Positions 1 to 12,161 of a DNA stretch of 64,000 nt are shown one piece after another. Made by a program: the position numbers and the translations under genes. The DNA is from Octopus vulgaris (lineage: Eukaryota): the NCBI GenBank assembly GCA_951406725.2, contig OX597814.1:107694001-107758000 (forward strand). The letters run 5' to 3'. The notes under the pieces are model-generated. The model did not search any database, was not told the DNA's origin, and was given only the letters and a program-made list of their open reading frames with translations. The first letter of the stretch is position 1, and each line of letters opens with the position of its first letter.

Positions 1-128
1 AGAAACACTGCCAGATCTGACTGGGCCTGATGAAGCCTTCCAGCTTCACAGACTCCAGTTGAACCGTCCAACCCATGCTAGCATGGAGAACGGACGCTAA
101 ATGATGATGATGATGATGATGATGATGA
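1..128 (+). mobile_element. 3' end of a SINE-like interspersed repeat with (GAT)n tail (family D)
   Basis: GCCAGATC...GTCCAACCCATGCTAGCATGGA...CGGAC..TAAA followed by (GAT)n; the same sequence recurs at ~59230-59341. Confidence 0.6.
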
Positions 129-638
129 TACATATATATATATATATATATATATCACAATCAAGGAACGGCCATAATAGGCCATTCACCCACTAGAAAT
201 AACAGCCAAAGCTTCAACCGCAAAATAACATTAATTCCGCAAACCAGGAGAAAATTAAAAAAACATTTACCCTGTAATTTCTTATACGATGCACCGTTTC
301 ATCTATTGTTTAATGGTAAACTAACCTGATTAAATTAAATCAAGCCAATCTTCCATAGGCCGATAGATTCGTCAGTAAGAAAACAGCCAGATCGGAACAG
401 ATATTTTCACGAGGCACTTCTCTCCCTGCCTCGGCAATATCTGACCTAAAATTTTCAAATCATCGCACTCGCGCCAAATTTATCGGCAGCAAATAAATAT
501 AAGCCGCCGATTCCATTATGGAATTAACCAGAAAATTCATAATTAATCAATATAGGGTGGCAAAAAATTTTGTAGAATTTTTTTTGCCACCAGCGGCCTA
601 GTGGGAAAAAATTTAAATAGTCATAGACCATTTATAAG

Positions 639-676
<38 letters not shown>

Positions 677-700
677 TATATACATACATATATATGTATA

Positions 701-1337
701 CTAGCAGTATCGACCGGCGTTGCTCGGGTTTGTAAGGGAAATAACTATATAAGCATTTTTAGAGAGTTATAGCCAAAAAATAGCAAAAAATGCATTAAAA
801 ATGGAAAAAATATGATGGTAAATTTTTTTAAAAATCGTTGACTCATCGTAGACATTTTTAGAGAGTTACTTCCCTTATATAATAGCGAAAAAATGCATTA
901 AAATGGAAAAAAAACGATGGTAAATTTTTTTTTAAATCGTAGACTCATATAGACGCTTTCTTAGCCATTTCTGTTTTGGTGTCTTCAAGCCATGAAGTCG
1001 TTGTTCTAAAAGAACACTGGTCTCCTTGACAACGCATTACGACGTTGATTTCCTTACACTCCCTTCCCCACAGGTGCAGGTGTGAGCGTGGACGCCAACT
1101 CCGCCGCCATCGACACACGAAAAATTATGCATTAAAATGGAATAAAAAATGATGTTAAATTATTTTTAAAATCGTAGACTCATCGTAGACGCGCACTAAT
1201 ATTCAGACGGGCTCGATATGAATCACGACTATAAGCTACCCGAATTTGGTTAAACTGTACCGCAAAATGTGGGAGTAGTTAGGAATCTAAATCGAAGGGG
1301 ACAGACACTCACACAACTACAGTTTTATATATATAGA
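701..1337 (-). mobile_element. Non-autonomous Helitron (copy A)
   Basis: The minus strand begins TC(TATATATATAAAA) and ends in a subterminal hairpin CCCGAGCAACGCCGG then ...ATACTG-CTAG. It sits between A and T with no TSD, has internal ~60-bp direct repeats, and has homologous copies at 12.3-13.7 kb and 35.6-35.9 kb. Confidence 0.85.
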
Positions 1338-1344
1338 TATACAT

Positions 1345-1700
1345 AGCGCAGTAGTGGTGAGATATGACAGCAAAGAAAAGCATACATTCACTCTCTGCAT
1401 GCAATTAGACTCGGAAAGTTCGTGAGGAACCCATTGACCCAATTTGCTGACTTTTCCGATAGCACACAGGTGTCAATGAATGGTTGAATGACCAAATCCA
1501 AGGTTCTCTGCTAGTTCCTCAACAGTTACGATGATATTTTGTTCCATTAGGGTTTTCAGGATGTCCTTGTCGAGTTCTACAGATCTTTCAGGATGAGGCT
1601 CGTCTTCTAGGCTGTAGTTTATGGCTCGGGATTTCTGGAACCACCATTGACACTGCCTAACGCTTATTGTCCAATCCCCATATACTGCATTAATATTTCT
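1345..1700 (-). pseudogene. Mariner (Tc1/mariner) transposase N-terminal fragment, disabled
   Basis: Translation INAVYGDWTISVRQCQWWFQK...SLEDEPHPERS...TVEELAENLGFGHSTIH is mariner HTH-like. Reading through the stop gives KLGQWVPHELS at ~1410-1445, the WVPHEL mariner motif. Confidence 0.85.
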
Positions 1701-1772
1701 TGTACTTTGCACACATTTATATTCTGTTATTCTTTTATATGTTTCAGCCTTGAGGTTGTGGCCATGCTGGAT

Positions 1773-1774
<2 letters not shown>

Positions 1775-1816
<42 letters not shown>

Positions 1817-2110
1817 TATCTGTCTGTCTGTCTGTATGTATATATGTATATGTATGTGTGTGAACAATAATATTTTCAACAGATGTGTTGCAAATGTATC
1901 TGATTGTTCTCAAGCTTCAATACTGTGTGTGTGTGTATGTGTGTGTGTGTGTATGTATGTATGTATATGTATGTATGTATGTATATGTATGTATGTATGT
2001 ATGTGTGTATGTATGTATGTGTGTGTATGTATGTGTGTGTGTATGTGTGTGTGTATGTATGTATGTATGTATGTATGTATGTATGTATGTATGTATGTAT
2101 GAGTGTATGT
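1775..2110. repeat. (TG)n / (TGTA)n compound microsatellite
   Basis: Directly visible simple repeats. Confidence 0.95.
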
Positions 2111-2533
2111 TTACTTTATTACTAATTACTCTCTTCCAAGAACATTTTCACTCACTCTTAGCTCTTAGCTTCCCATACATTTTACTCATGTATCTATCAG
2201 TGTCATAGACAGAATACTTTCACTTTAGTCTTCCTCAAATCACTCTGTCGCTATTTACTTTCATTTTATTCGTTGCCCACTGTGTGTGTGCGTTTGCGTG
2301 TGGTGTAAACCAGACTAAGAAAAGCATTTGACACACACACCAGAATGTGAGTTTTCTGTAAATTTTGCTTAATTGGAGTTTAAATTTTAAAAATTGGACC
2401 TGGCATGACGCGATGCATTGTACTCTCAAAAATGCTAGGTAAATTGTAATTGAAGAAATCCTATATTGTAGATTTGTATAACTCCCAAAGGGTGGCAGAT
2501 AAAATCTGCCTTTTATAATAAGAGATATACATA

Positions 2534-3010
2534 GGTGCAAGAGTGGCTGTGTGGTAAGTAGCTTGTCTACCAACCACATGGTTCCGGGTTCAGTCCCACT
2601 GCGTGGGACCTTGGGGAAGTGTCTTCTACTATAGCCTCGGGCCGACCAAAGCCTTGTGAGTGGATTTGGTAGACGGAAAACTGAAAGAAGCCCGTCGTAT
2701 ATATGTATATATATATATATGTGTGTGCGTGTGTGTTTGTGTGTCTGTGTTTGTCCCCCTAGCATTGCTTGACAACCGATGCTGGTGTGTTTGTGTGTCT
2801 GTGTTTGTCCCCCTAGCATTGCTTGACAACCGATGCTGGTGTGTTTATGTCCCCATTACTTAGCGGTTCGGCAAAAGAGACCGATAGAATAATTACTGGG
2901 CTTACAAAAGAATAAATCCCGGGGTCGAGTTGCTCGATTAAAGGTGGTGCTCCAGCATGGCCGCAGTCAACTGACTGAAACAAGAGTAAAAGAGTAAAAG
3001 AGTAAAGAGT
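2534..3010 (+). mobile_element. tRNA-derived SINE (family A), full length, with an internal ~54-bp tandem duplication
   Basis: A-box-like TGGCTGTGTGG, B-box-like GGTTCAGTCCC, CORE-like ACCTTGGG(C/G)AAGTG segment, internal microsatellite and (GAGTAAAA)n tail; homologous to 44609-44997 and 36772-37110. Confidence 0.85.
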
Positions 3011-3029
3011 ATACATGCATATATGGGTA

Positions 3030-3480
3030 TAGGACATAAAAAAAATGTGAACAAAATGAAAAACGAGAACATAGAGAAACAACAAAAACATGAAAAACAA
3101 ACTTTTTTCGGACAACAAAAGAAACAAATAGAGAAACGAGACAGGCAACATAAAGAGCAATCCCTTCATTAGTTATCCCCTATTTTATCTACTCTGCGTT
3201 TCGAAGGTTAGGACCAGATGCAACTTCGTTAAAACAGTCCTTCCCGCAAAGCAAATTAAGTAAAATTTAGGATTTTTGCAGAGGGTTAGAGTGGTAACAA
3301 AAACAGGACAATAAGAACAAAACAGTAAAAACAAACAGTGAGGGCTGTTAAACCATAACGAGGTGAAGTGGTGAACGCTGGAGAAAGGATTTATGACAAG
3401 AGACAGGCTATAGTAGGTCTTATCTCTTGTAAAGCAGGAGAAAAAAGAACAATAGCCGCTGGTCACGTGTGAGCAACGAG
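3030..3480 (-). mobile_element. Dispersed repeat, probable Penelope-like terminal region
   Basis: 3050-3195 is the reverse complement of ~46586-46730 (both ORF translations begin MKGL.FMLPVSFLYLFL); contains a GAAA...CTAATGA hammerhead-like motif. The Penelope assignment is inference. Confidence 0.45.
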
Positions 3481-4254
3481 AGAGTCAAGGAGGGAGAGAG
3501 AGGGAGAGAAAGAGAATGGTGAAGGGGGAAGAGAAGAAAAACAGAAAGAAAGAAGAATAGGCGAAGGGAGAATAGAGAGTGTAGAGTGCGCATCTGAATT
3601 ATTAAGACAAAACTTACTTGGAAATGGATGCGCAGTGTTCAATCATATAATAATATAAATAATATAAATTATATATATATATATGCCAGTAGATTAAAAG
3701 GCACCTTACTATTTGGTCCACAACAGTTCGTTTCAATATATTAATTATTCTTTATGAAAAAATTTTATTGTTTTTGTTCACTTAATTTAGAATTATTTCA
3801 AATCTGCAAGGACATTTTCTTCAGTTTTTCCCCTTGCAGGTCATGCTGGTAGCTGCCGATCAGAGGCTAGGACTTCCTTCAAAGGTTTCAGATGACCTTT
3901 CCAATTCCCATGTTTTGCTTTGTCTTTATTTCGTCATTCTGTTGAATGGGGTCATGCTGTTTTTATCACCTTCAGTAATTATTTTTAATTACTTCAACAG
4001 ATTTGTCGTAGATAGCGTTCATCGAATTTGAACTTTGAACGTTTAAGTTTAAAAGTCAAAACTACTGGCAAAAAAACAATGCGATAGTCGTGAGAGTGTT
4101 TGCTGGTTTGAGATGATGACTAGTTGAGCTGACGAACGAAAATGTGTTTGTTGGGCTACATATAGAAGTAACTGGACAAAAATCCATGAACAGAGGATTT
4201 TATTACTGCACATAAAGATAAACTGCATTGGCCTTTTACAGATAACAACAACAA

Positions 4255-4541
4255 TTTCGTTTTTCAATTTGGTTTGTAAGATTCTTTATGTAAGTTTGTG
4301 TGTTGAAGCATATTCTGTTGTGTCTGGGGAGAGTCATTCTCTTTTGGTGCCTTATAATTTAACACACTCACCAGTAAAATTTCTACTTATTTCTTTTTTA
4401 TTTTCCTAAAATTTTCGTTGCATCTTGCAACCTTTTCAATAGTTTTGAAGAATAAAAAAACAAATAAGTGGAAATTTTACTGGTGGGTGTGTTAAATTAT
4501 AAGGCACCAAAAGAGAATGTCTCTCCCCAGACACAACAGAA
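4255..4541. repeat. Fold-back repeat with ~80-bp arms (4313-4392 / 4462-4541)
   Basis: TTCTGTTGTGTCTGGGGAGAG...CCAGTAAAATTTC is inverted as GAAATTTTACTGG...CTCTCCCCAGACACAACAGAA; a related folded-back copy lies at ~8160-8300. Confidence 0.8.
4405..4443 (-). ncRNA. Minimal type I hammerhead-ribozyme-like motif (U3-A8 variant core)
   Basis: Minus strand reads CTA-TTGAAAA-G-GTTGCA-AGA-TGCAAC-GAAA-ATT-T-TAG: stem I CTA/TAG, 6-bp stem II, GAAA, palindromic AATT stem III. Confidence 0.5.
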
Positions 4542-5639
4542 CAATAATAATCATATACTGGGAAAGATATACTGCTTGAGGTTTACACCAAGCAACACCC
4601 AGCTTATTCAACATAGCTGGAAACAACTGTGCTATATTCGTGGCAATGGAGATTCCTGTCATCGATCTGCCATGTGTCTTAACCAACTTCCTGAGTCATC
4701 TGGCTGTGGTAAGAATGGAGACACATTTCACACAGCTGCCTCAACATTCTGTCTGGCAAGAGATGAGACATGTGAATGAGTCGGCCACTCCCAACACTCT
4801 GCAAAGAGTTTAGGCACCAAAAGCAGCTCTAGTATAAGTAGAAGTTTCTAGAAGATTGGATCACGAGATGGATTGATGTTGATTGGTAGCTTAAGAGACC
4901 AATCACTTGAAAATACTGTGGTTCAGTTGTGATCCATGACCGATTACCTAACAGTTTGGTTTTGAGTCATCGCAAGACTATATCTGATAATGTCGCCAAG
5001 AGATATTGCCACAAAGGATAAATAATACTACACTTTTATACTTCATTTGGCAAAACCTGATTCAAATGTTGGCACATGGGGAGCAAGTACAAGGAAGGGG
5101 TGAGGCAATCACATCAATCCTGGTGCTTAAATGGTACTTATTTTTATTGATCCCCAGTACAATGAAAAGCAAAACTGACCTCAGCGGAATTTGAACTCAG
5201 AACATAAGGAAGGATGAAATTGTATTATATATAAGTAGATAGTATCTTTTAGTAGGTCAGTTTCTTTACTTGTTGTTATTTAGGGTAATTCTTGTTTTTA
5301 TGTGGCTGATTTTCTGTTTCAGTTCTTTCTGCAATTCGTTGGTTCGTTTGTTGAATGTTATTTACTTGATCCTTGATAAGAGATCATTTTCGGAACATTG
5401 TAGCAAAGGGTTGATAGGTGAAGATTTGACCATCTTCAATCCATAATTGCTGGTTGGCTGTTTTACCTTTTCGTCTTTTCACGATTATATGTTTTTCATC
5501 TGTGTCTTTTGATAAAGCTTTCTCTTTAATAGTGCTTTTAGGTAAAGTTATTTTTTGGTAGGTATTGGTACCTTTTTTCATAAGGATGTGTATTGGGTGT
5601 GGTAGATATAGTACTAGCTGCCAAAAAGTCTATTATAGA

Positions 5640-7560
5640 ATTCAAATCAAAATACTGGGTGCAAAAAATCAAGGCCGGATATGTTTGATATAACCATGGG
5701 GTCAAGCGACTCCACTCTGGTAACCGATCTAGTAGGGATTTATATTTCATTCTGATTAATAAAGAATTTCCAAAGATAGGGGGAGATCTATACAGGCATG
5801 ACACTCTTTTCACCTTGCATAACTTTCCAGCATGGAAAGACAGCAGAAAAAAACTATTCAAGTTCTTCAAAGACATAGGGCTTTCCATTTCAATAGAGGA
5901 TAAACACACCGTAGTCAACTTCTTAGATGTTACACTAGATCTAAATACTAGCTTATTCAAACCATACCAAAAACTGAACGGCAACTTAAAATACATAAAC
6001 TTCAATAGTAATCACCCCAAGTGCATATCTCAATCCATAATTAGAAACATTTCTAGCTGCATATCTAAAATGTCGGCTGACAAAGAAATATTTTATACTA
6101 AACAAGAAATATTATAACAAAGCATTAGAGGAAACAGGATACAAAGATAAATTAGTGTATTGCCCAGTGAACTAAATTAGAATAGATAAAGATAATGAGG
6201 TAACCCGTAGGATAGTAAATTACATCCAAAAAAATAACCATGACAACCAAATGCACCCCCCACCAAATAAGAGGATAGAGAAATGAATAAAAATAGAGAG
6301 GGACAAATACATAGGATATAACCAAAAAAATATGCAGTTCAGGCGGTAATAAAAAAGTAAGAAACACGGGAGTATCTTGGGTGCAACTACCTAGTGGTAA
6401 TAACAGCAGAAAGTGAACATTAGAAGTGAAGTAAACAACTTCAGGAATGCATATACATAAAACACAATAAAGTCTTTCAATAGCAAGAGCCCCACACAAC
6501 CGGACAACCACTACAGAAAAAGGAAAGGCCCCAACAATAACAACTGCACAGTACATAATAATGCCCATGGTAATAAGAATTCCAGGATTTCTCTATAGTG
6601 CAATGCTGGGTTTGGGAAACAAATAATGTCTAAAGTTCTGAAGCAGCTTTACACCATGATATAGAAACACTTTCCAAAGTCTAGCAAATACCACAGAAGA
6701 TTCAATATGCACAATGTCCAGCTCGCTTTTCCCACTAACCATAACCTTGCATAAATAATAGCAGCACACAACACGAGAAAACTATCTCACTTCCAAAGGA
6801 CCGGTGAAAATAGTAGACAAGAAAAATGAACCTACCAATGGAAATATTGATAATATTAAACCAGATAACAGGGCAGGAATAGTTAATAATAGAAGAGACT
6901 TGAACTCTAACACAAACATAATTAATACACACAATAGTGGGGTTAAATAAACTAAAAACCAGCAGTCAAGGGAAGACAACTTCAGTGCAAGTCGATACCT
7001 TCACAAAACAGGGAGCAGGAATTGCTAGAAATAGCAGCCCACAAACACCTATGGATAGAAAGCTTAGAAAAAATAGTAGATCAATAGAAATAAAGGCAGC
7101 AGAAATATGTAGCAGGAGCTATAACACAATGAATAATAGGAACAGAGAATTAGGGCTCTGTAACTGTGCCAAGAATAAAGTATGCCCCATGAACTCTGGA
7201 TATTGGATGAAGAACCTAGTGTATAGATGCAAAATCACTTCTGAGGGAAGGACGTACTCCAACATAGGGGCCAGCTCGCTAAATTTTAAAAAAAGAGTGG
7301 CTAGCCATTTAAATTTATTTAGAGACAGAGCTAAGATGAATACCATGAGCCGATGCAGACTAAGCTGGACCATTAAATTTAGGAATACCATCGAGTGGGA
7401 AAGAATCAGTACAGCTCAACTATAACGTGCAGGAGGAAATAGATGTGAGCTATGCAAATCATTACATCGAGACACAAATTACTCAATAACAGGCTTGAAC
7501 AGGCCTTAATATGCTTGCATAAACAAACCAAAACATTTAAGAAATTTAAAGAAAATTCTA
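5640..7560 (+). pseudogene. Degraded Penelope-like retroelement (RT C-terminal half + GIY-YIG endonuclease)
   Basis: FDITMGS (~5683) and LYRHD (~5788, degenerate YRDD); VNFLDVTLDLNTSLFKPYQK...YINFNSNHP in ORF 5815-6117; CNC...CP...NLVYRCKI...NIGAS...FKKRVASH in ORF 6937-7425, followed by RCELC; many stops and frameshifts. Confidence 0.8.
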
Positions 7561-8473
7561 GATAACTCAACATCACAAGGAGGGAAAGATACACATATTC
7601 TAAACTCAAAAAATACACAGCCTTTTATAACCAAGCTAGTATATTTTCTATTCACCTTCAAGTACCCAGCATAAACAACATAGGCAAGAAAATAAATATA
7701 TGAATAACCAAAAACATTACAAGGACCGCACTTGAAAATAAGGACATTAAGTACAAGATAGAAAGAGGCCTGCCAAAATAGTAACATCAACTCGACCTAA
7801 TTAGACAGAATCATGACTTTGGCCAGCAAATGGTGTGAAACCAAGGTCAACCACACAAGCTTACAAACAGATCAGATCTAAGATTGAAAACAATCTCCCC
7901 TCACCTCTCCATGAACCCTGACCAAAAAACCAGTAAAGGTATTCAGCTTGCTTCTAAACTAAATAATGGATAGACCCTGAATGAAGCTGCACAGAAAATT
8001 ATACCCGGTTGCATGTGCAACTGCTCATAATCTGTGCAGTGGACATACGTGCAGGTCGTCGTAACCATATAAATAAGCTGTATGAAATTGCAAAATAAAA
8101 CGAAATAAATTTTTAGGATGAACAAGCCTCCATATTCTCTATTGCTATAATTATTGCTAATATTTCGTTTTTGGATTTGGTTTGCAAGATTCTTTATATG
8201 AGTTCGTGTGTTGAAGCATATTCTGTTGTGTCTGTCCGGTGAGTGTATTAGATTATAAGGCACAAAAAGAAAAGGACTCTCCCCAGACACAACAGAATAT
8301 TGCTTATATACACTCCAGATGATATTGCTTTCCAGAAAAGTGAACACGGATTTATCCCTTACAGCGTGAGTGACAACTCATAGTAATCATAGACATTAAA
8401 TACTAAACGATGCGGTTAGCCATAACCTGGAACACAACTGAGACCTTCCACGTTATTTGCCCAGCTAATATTG

Positions 8474-9284
8474 GGATCTTTTCCTTTTGAACGGCACATG
8501 TCAACACAATTTCTAGTTAACTAATCACATTTAAACTTCGTATACTGGTAGAATGTGTTTATAAAACATCATTTTTTCTTGGCTTTATTGAGAAAATTCT
8601 ATATGTTGTAACATATTTCCACTTTAATTTCAAGCATTTCAGCAATTTTAACCAATCGCTGGAGTCCATTTAGGTAAACAACCTTCCGTGCTGTATGAAT
8701 ATGTCCCTTGTTTAAGAAACAGATTGGGTTTATTTACATTTGCAAAGAAAAAAAGATATCCTTCCCCCACCCCTAACCCTAACCCTAACTCTAACCCTAA
8801 ATCTAAAATAGATTGAAATGCAATAGATCGATACTAGGGTTATAATTATGGGTGACAATTTCATACGACACCGCTACGGAAAGTGGGATTTTTTCTAGCG
8901 GTGTCAAATGAAAATGTCACCCATAATTATAACCCTAATATCGATCTATTGCATTTCAATCTATTTTAGATTTAGGGTTAGGGTTAGGGGGTGGAGGAAG
9001 GGTAACTTTTTTCTTCGCAAATGTAAATAAACCCAATCTGTTTCTTAAACGAGGGACATATTCATACAGCACGGAATGTTTTCGCCCCAAATGGAGGTCA
9101 GCGATTGGTTAAAATTGCCGAAATGCTCGAAATTTCAGATGAAATATCTTACAAACTATAGAATTTTCTCAATAAAGCCAGAAAAATGATGTTTTATAAA
9201 CACATTCTACCAGTATACAAAGTTTAAAAGTGTTTAGTTAACTAGAAATTGTGTTGACATGTGCCGTTCAAAAGGAAAAGATCC
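8474..9284. mobile_element. Foldback / MITE-like DNA element with ~400-bp inverted arms and a 7-bp TSD
   Basis: GGATCTTTTCCTTTTGAACGGCACATG... is inverted as ...CATGTGCCGTTCAAAAGGAAAAGATCC; spacer ~20 bp near 8878-8895; AATATTG on both sides (8467-8473, 9285-9291); arms contain (CCCTAA)n/(TTAGGG)n. Confidence 0.9.
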
Positions 9285-10431
9285 AATATTGCCCTCTAAA
9301 CTTATATATAGATATGTATGTATGTATATATGTGTGTATGTGCGCATGTGTGTGATTAGCATTATTAATATAAACATTATTGAGGATAATTCTATCCTCT
9401 CAACCCATCGTTACAATTGGTAGACGTATCTGTCGTTCTGGTGAGTTACTTCTGCGATGATATTCACCTCGCTCCGATACACGCGTTTTCAACACACCAG
9501 GTCAAGGAAGAGATTTTCCCTGAGACACAAGCCACAGCATCATGCCTTTCAATGCTGTATGTACAGTAAGTACGATGCACAAATAACGATTGAAATCTAT
9601 TGTATTTTTAAACACTCTGTCATTTTATACATCTTTTGTTTATTTACCCGTAATTATTATTCTTCAATAAGAGACTGTCTTGAGACCAAAGCATTTAGTG
9701 TGAAAGGGCAGAAACTCCACCAACAAACTATTACAATTAATTCCTATTATTAACACAAATAAAGGCGGACAAAAAGATAAGCGGCAGTTTTTTCTCTTTG
9801 CGTTCTTGTGTTCAAATGTTGCAGAGGTCGACTGCACCTTTCGTAATCGATAAAATAAATACTAATTGAGCAAAATATCAGGCTGTGTACCTATAGTAGA
9901 AAGAATAAGGAGAGGTTTATGATGACGAATTCGAAGGAGAGGTTTATGACAACCTGTTGTATCGTATGTCATAACGAAAATGTTTCATCTGGAGACAAAA
10001 AAAAATACTTTCACTGTATAACGACAAAATCTTTTTAATCTCTCTCTAGCCCAACCATTAAATTATTTATTAAATTGTAATATTTAATGAAAGAAGAAAA
10101 TAAAAACGGACTCTAGTTTACAATTGAAGACGCGTCTTAAAATAGTGGGAAAACATCTGAAAATGAATGGATGCATCTTTGAAAGCGAAAAGTTGGATGA
10201 AGTTTTCATCCCGAAGTTATTTTATCGAAGTTCAAACTGTTGAGAATAGTCGTAACCCCCCCCCAACGATTAGGATAAGAGGAATAGTGTGAATATGATA
10301 ATCTAGGATCATCTATTTGTTGTTTAAACTGAGATTATTAAAGCATTGAGCTCACCATATGCACAACTGGCTGTCAATAATATGCACATTGGGGCGTGTC
10401 TGCAGTCGAACGTTCATTACCCCACCCCTTA

Positions 10432-10850
10432 AAGAAGGGAAGAGAGAGAGAGAGAAGATGAGGGCGAAGAGGAATAAATAAAACCCAGAGAAATTAAATA
10501 ATTGCACATTTGAAAAATACTGGAAAAGAAAAAGGAGAGAGAGAGAGATTAGGATGGAGAAGAGAAGAGAGAGAGAAAGAATAGGAGGGAGAATAGAAAG
10601 AGACAGAGAAAAGGAGGGAGGAGAAGAGAAGAGAGAGGGAGAAGAGAAAAGAGACAGAATAGGAGGGAGAAGAAAAGAGAGGAGAGAGAGTGGTAGCGGG
10701 GCTGGTGAGGTGAGAGGTGTTAGGGGAACGCTTTAAAATAGGGACGATAAAGGAAAAAACAGAGTGACAGAATGAGGGCGAGAGAGAGAGTTGAGGACGA
10801 ACAGAGAGGAGGAGACAGAGTAGGAGGAAGGGAGCTGAAAGGAGCTGCGA
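10432..10850. repeat. Purine-rich (GA) low-complexity tract
   Basis: Almost only A and G on the + strand. Confidence 0.85.
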
Positions 10851-11569
10851 GTTGAAACAGTTTATTGATTCATGCACAGATACGTGCACGTGCTGTTTGT
10901 TTGTGCACACACAGAATGCTTTGCAGTGTAAACAAGAAGGTATTCGTGGCGTAGCCTGGTGTTATTTCTTTATTGTGGCGTAGCCTGGTGTGACGACGGT
11001 ATAAGTGAAGGACATATCTCTCTACGGCCTGGAGAGAGATAGAGAGAGGTCACGGTGTATAAATTGAAGGAACACTTACAGTTAAATGCTATCACCAACA
11101 TCCTCAGAAGCCTTTCTTTTTCTCTTTCTCTTTCTCAAATACAATATATAACTCATAAAAGGCCTCCATTAAACACGTATACTCGATGATACATGCACAT
11201 ACACGCACACGTAGTGTTTACTGGCGTAAACAACAAAGTTTTCAAAACATGTGGTAACAGAGTTTGTTGTCTAACATGTGGATATCTACATGTTTAGGTA
11301 TAGTAAGATAACTGTGTAACGCCGATACTTGGAGGGGTTTGGAAGGTAAGAGAGGAGGGTAGAATAAAATGAATGAATATAAAATGATAAAATGCAATAA
11401 AAACTAATTGAGTTGAAGGAGGTATGAAGAGGTTTAGTTTTTCGTAATAGATTTATGGATATCAAGGTTTTATAGGTCCATGGATGTGAGAGATTAAGGA
11501 TCTATGAGAGGTTTACGGATACAGAAGTAGATAAATAAGTTAACAGACAGATGACCGATCAATCGATCA

Positions 11570-11718
11570 ATAGATAGATAGATAGAGAAAGAGAGATAGG
11601 TAGATAGATAGATAGAGAAACAGAGAGATAGGTAGATAGATAGAGAAAGAGAGAGATAGATATATAGATAGATAGAGAGAGAGAGAGTGATAGGTAGATA
11701 GATAGATAGATAGATAGA
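11570..11718. repeat. (AGAT)n/(AG)n compound microsatellite
   Basis: Directly visible. Confidence 0.9.
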
Positions 11719-12161
11719 GTTTACCCTACATGTAACCTGTGCAGAACCTTGTCGCTAGGTCTTATAACTTATCTCATTAGCGCTTTCGAATCAACGTCAT
11801 ATATTTTACTCTAGCCATGTTGCCTGAGATTCACCAACACCATGTACATGTTTAAATCCATTCCATGGTTTCAGATTCAGAAACACACGACTTGGAAGAA
11901 TCATGAGAACGTCAGATCTGATCGAGGACACCTTTGTCTTTTGTTCTTCCGGGGTTGACAAAATAACGCTACAAGTCCAGGTACATGGAGGCAATTTCAA
12001 TAATATGTCCCAGATGTGAAGAAGGTAATTATAATAGAGGACATCTTATATACAGGCGTCTACTCATGTCTTACATGATTAAATATAATTTAACAATTAG
12101 CCATGTTAGTTCTTTTGAGTTATTTTATCAGAGTCTGAATATTTACTATACCTTTTCTTAA

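Noticed and set aside
1647-2208. Cys/Val/Tyr/His-rich ORFs here and at 36-37 kb, 45.5-51 kb and 54-55.8 kb
   Set aside because: Products of (TG)n, (CA)n and (TA)n microsatellites
2534-2610. tRNA gene
   Set aside because: A and B boxes are present, but the sequence continues into a multi-copy SINE body and I see no complete cloverleaf
3815-4030. Possible exon after the acceptor-like TTTTTCCCTTGCAG
   Set aside because: No recognisable protein similarity, no convincing donor and no partner exons
11800-12080. Possible 3' fragment of a restriction-endonuclease-type LINE
   Set aside because: Too degraded to support by eye
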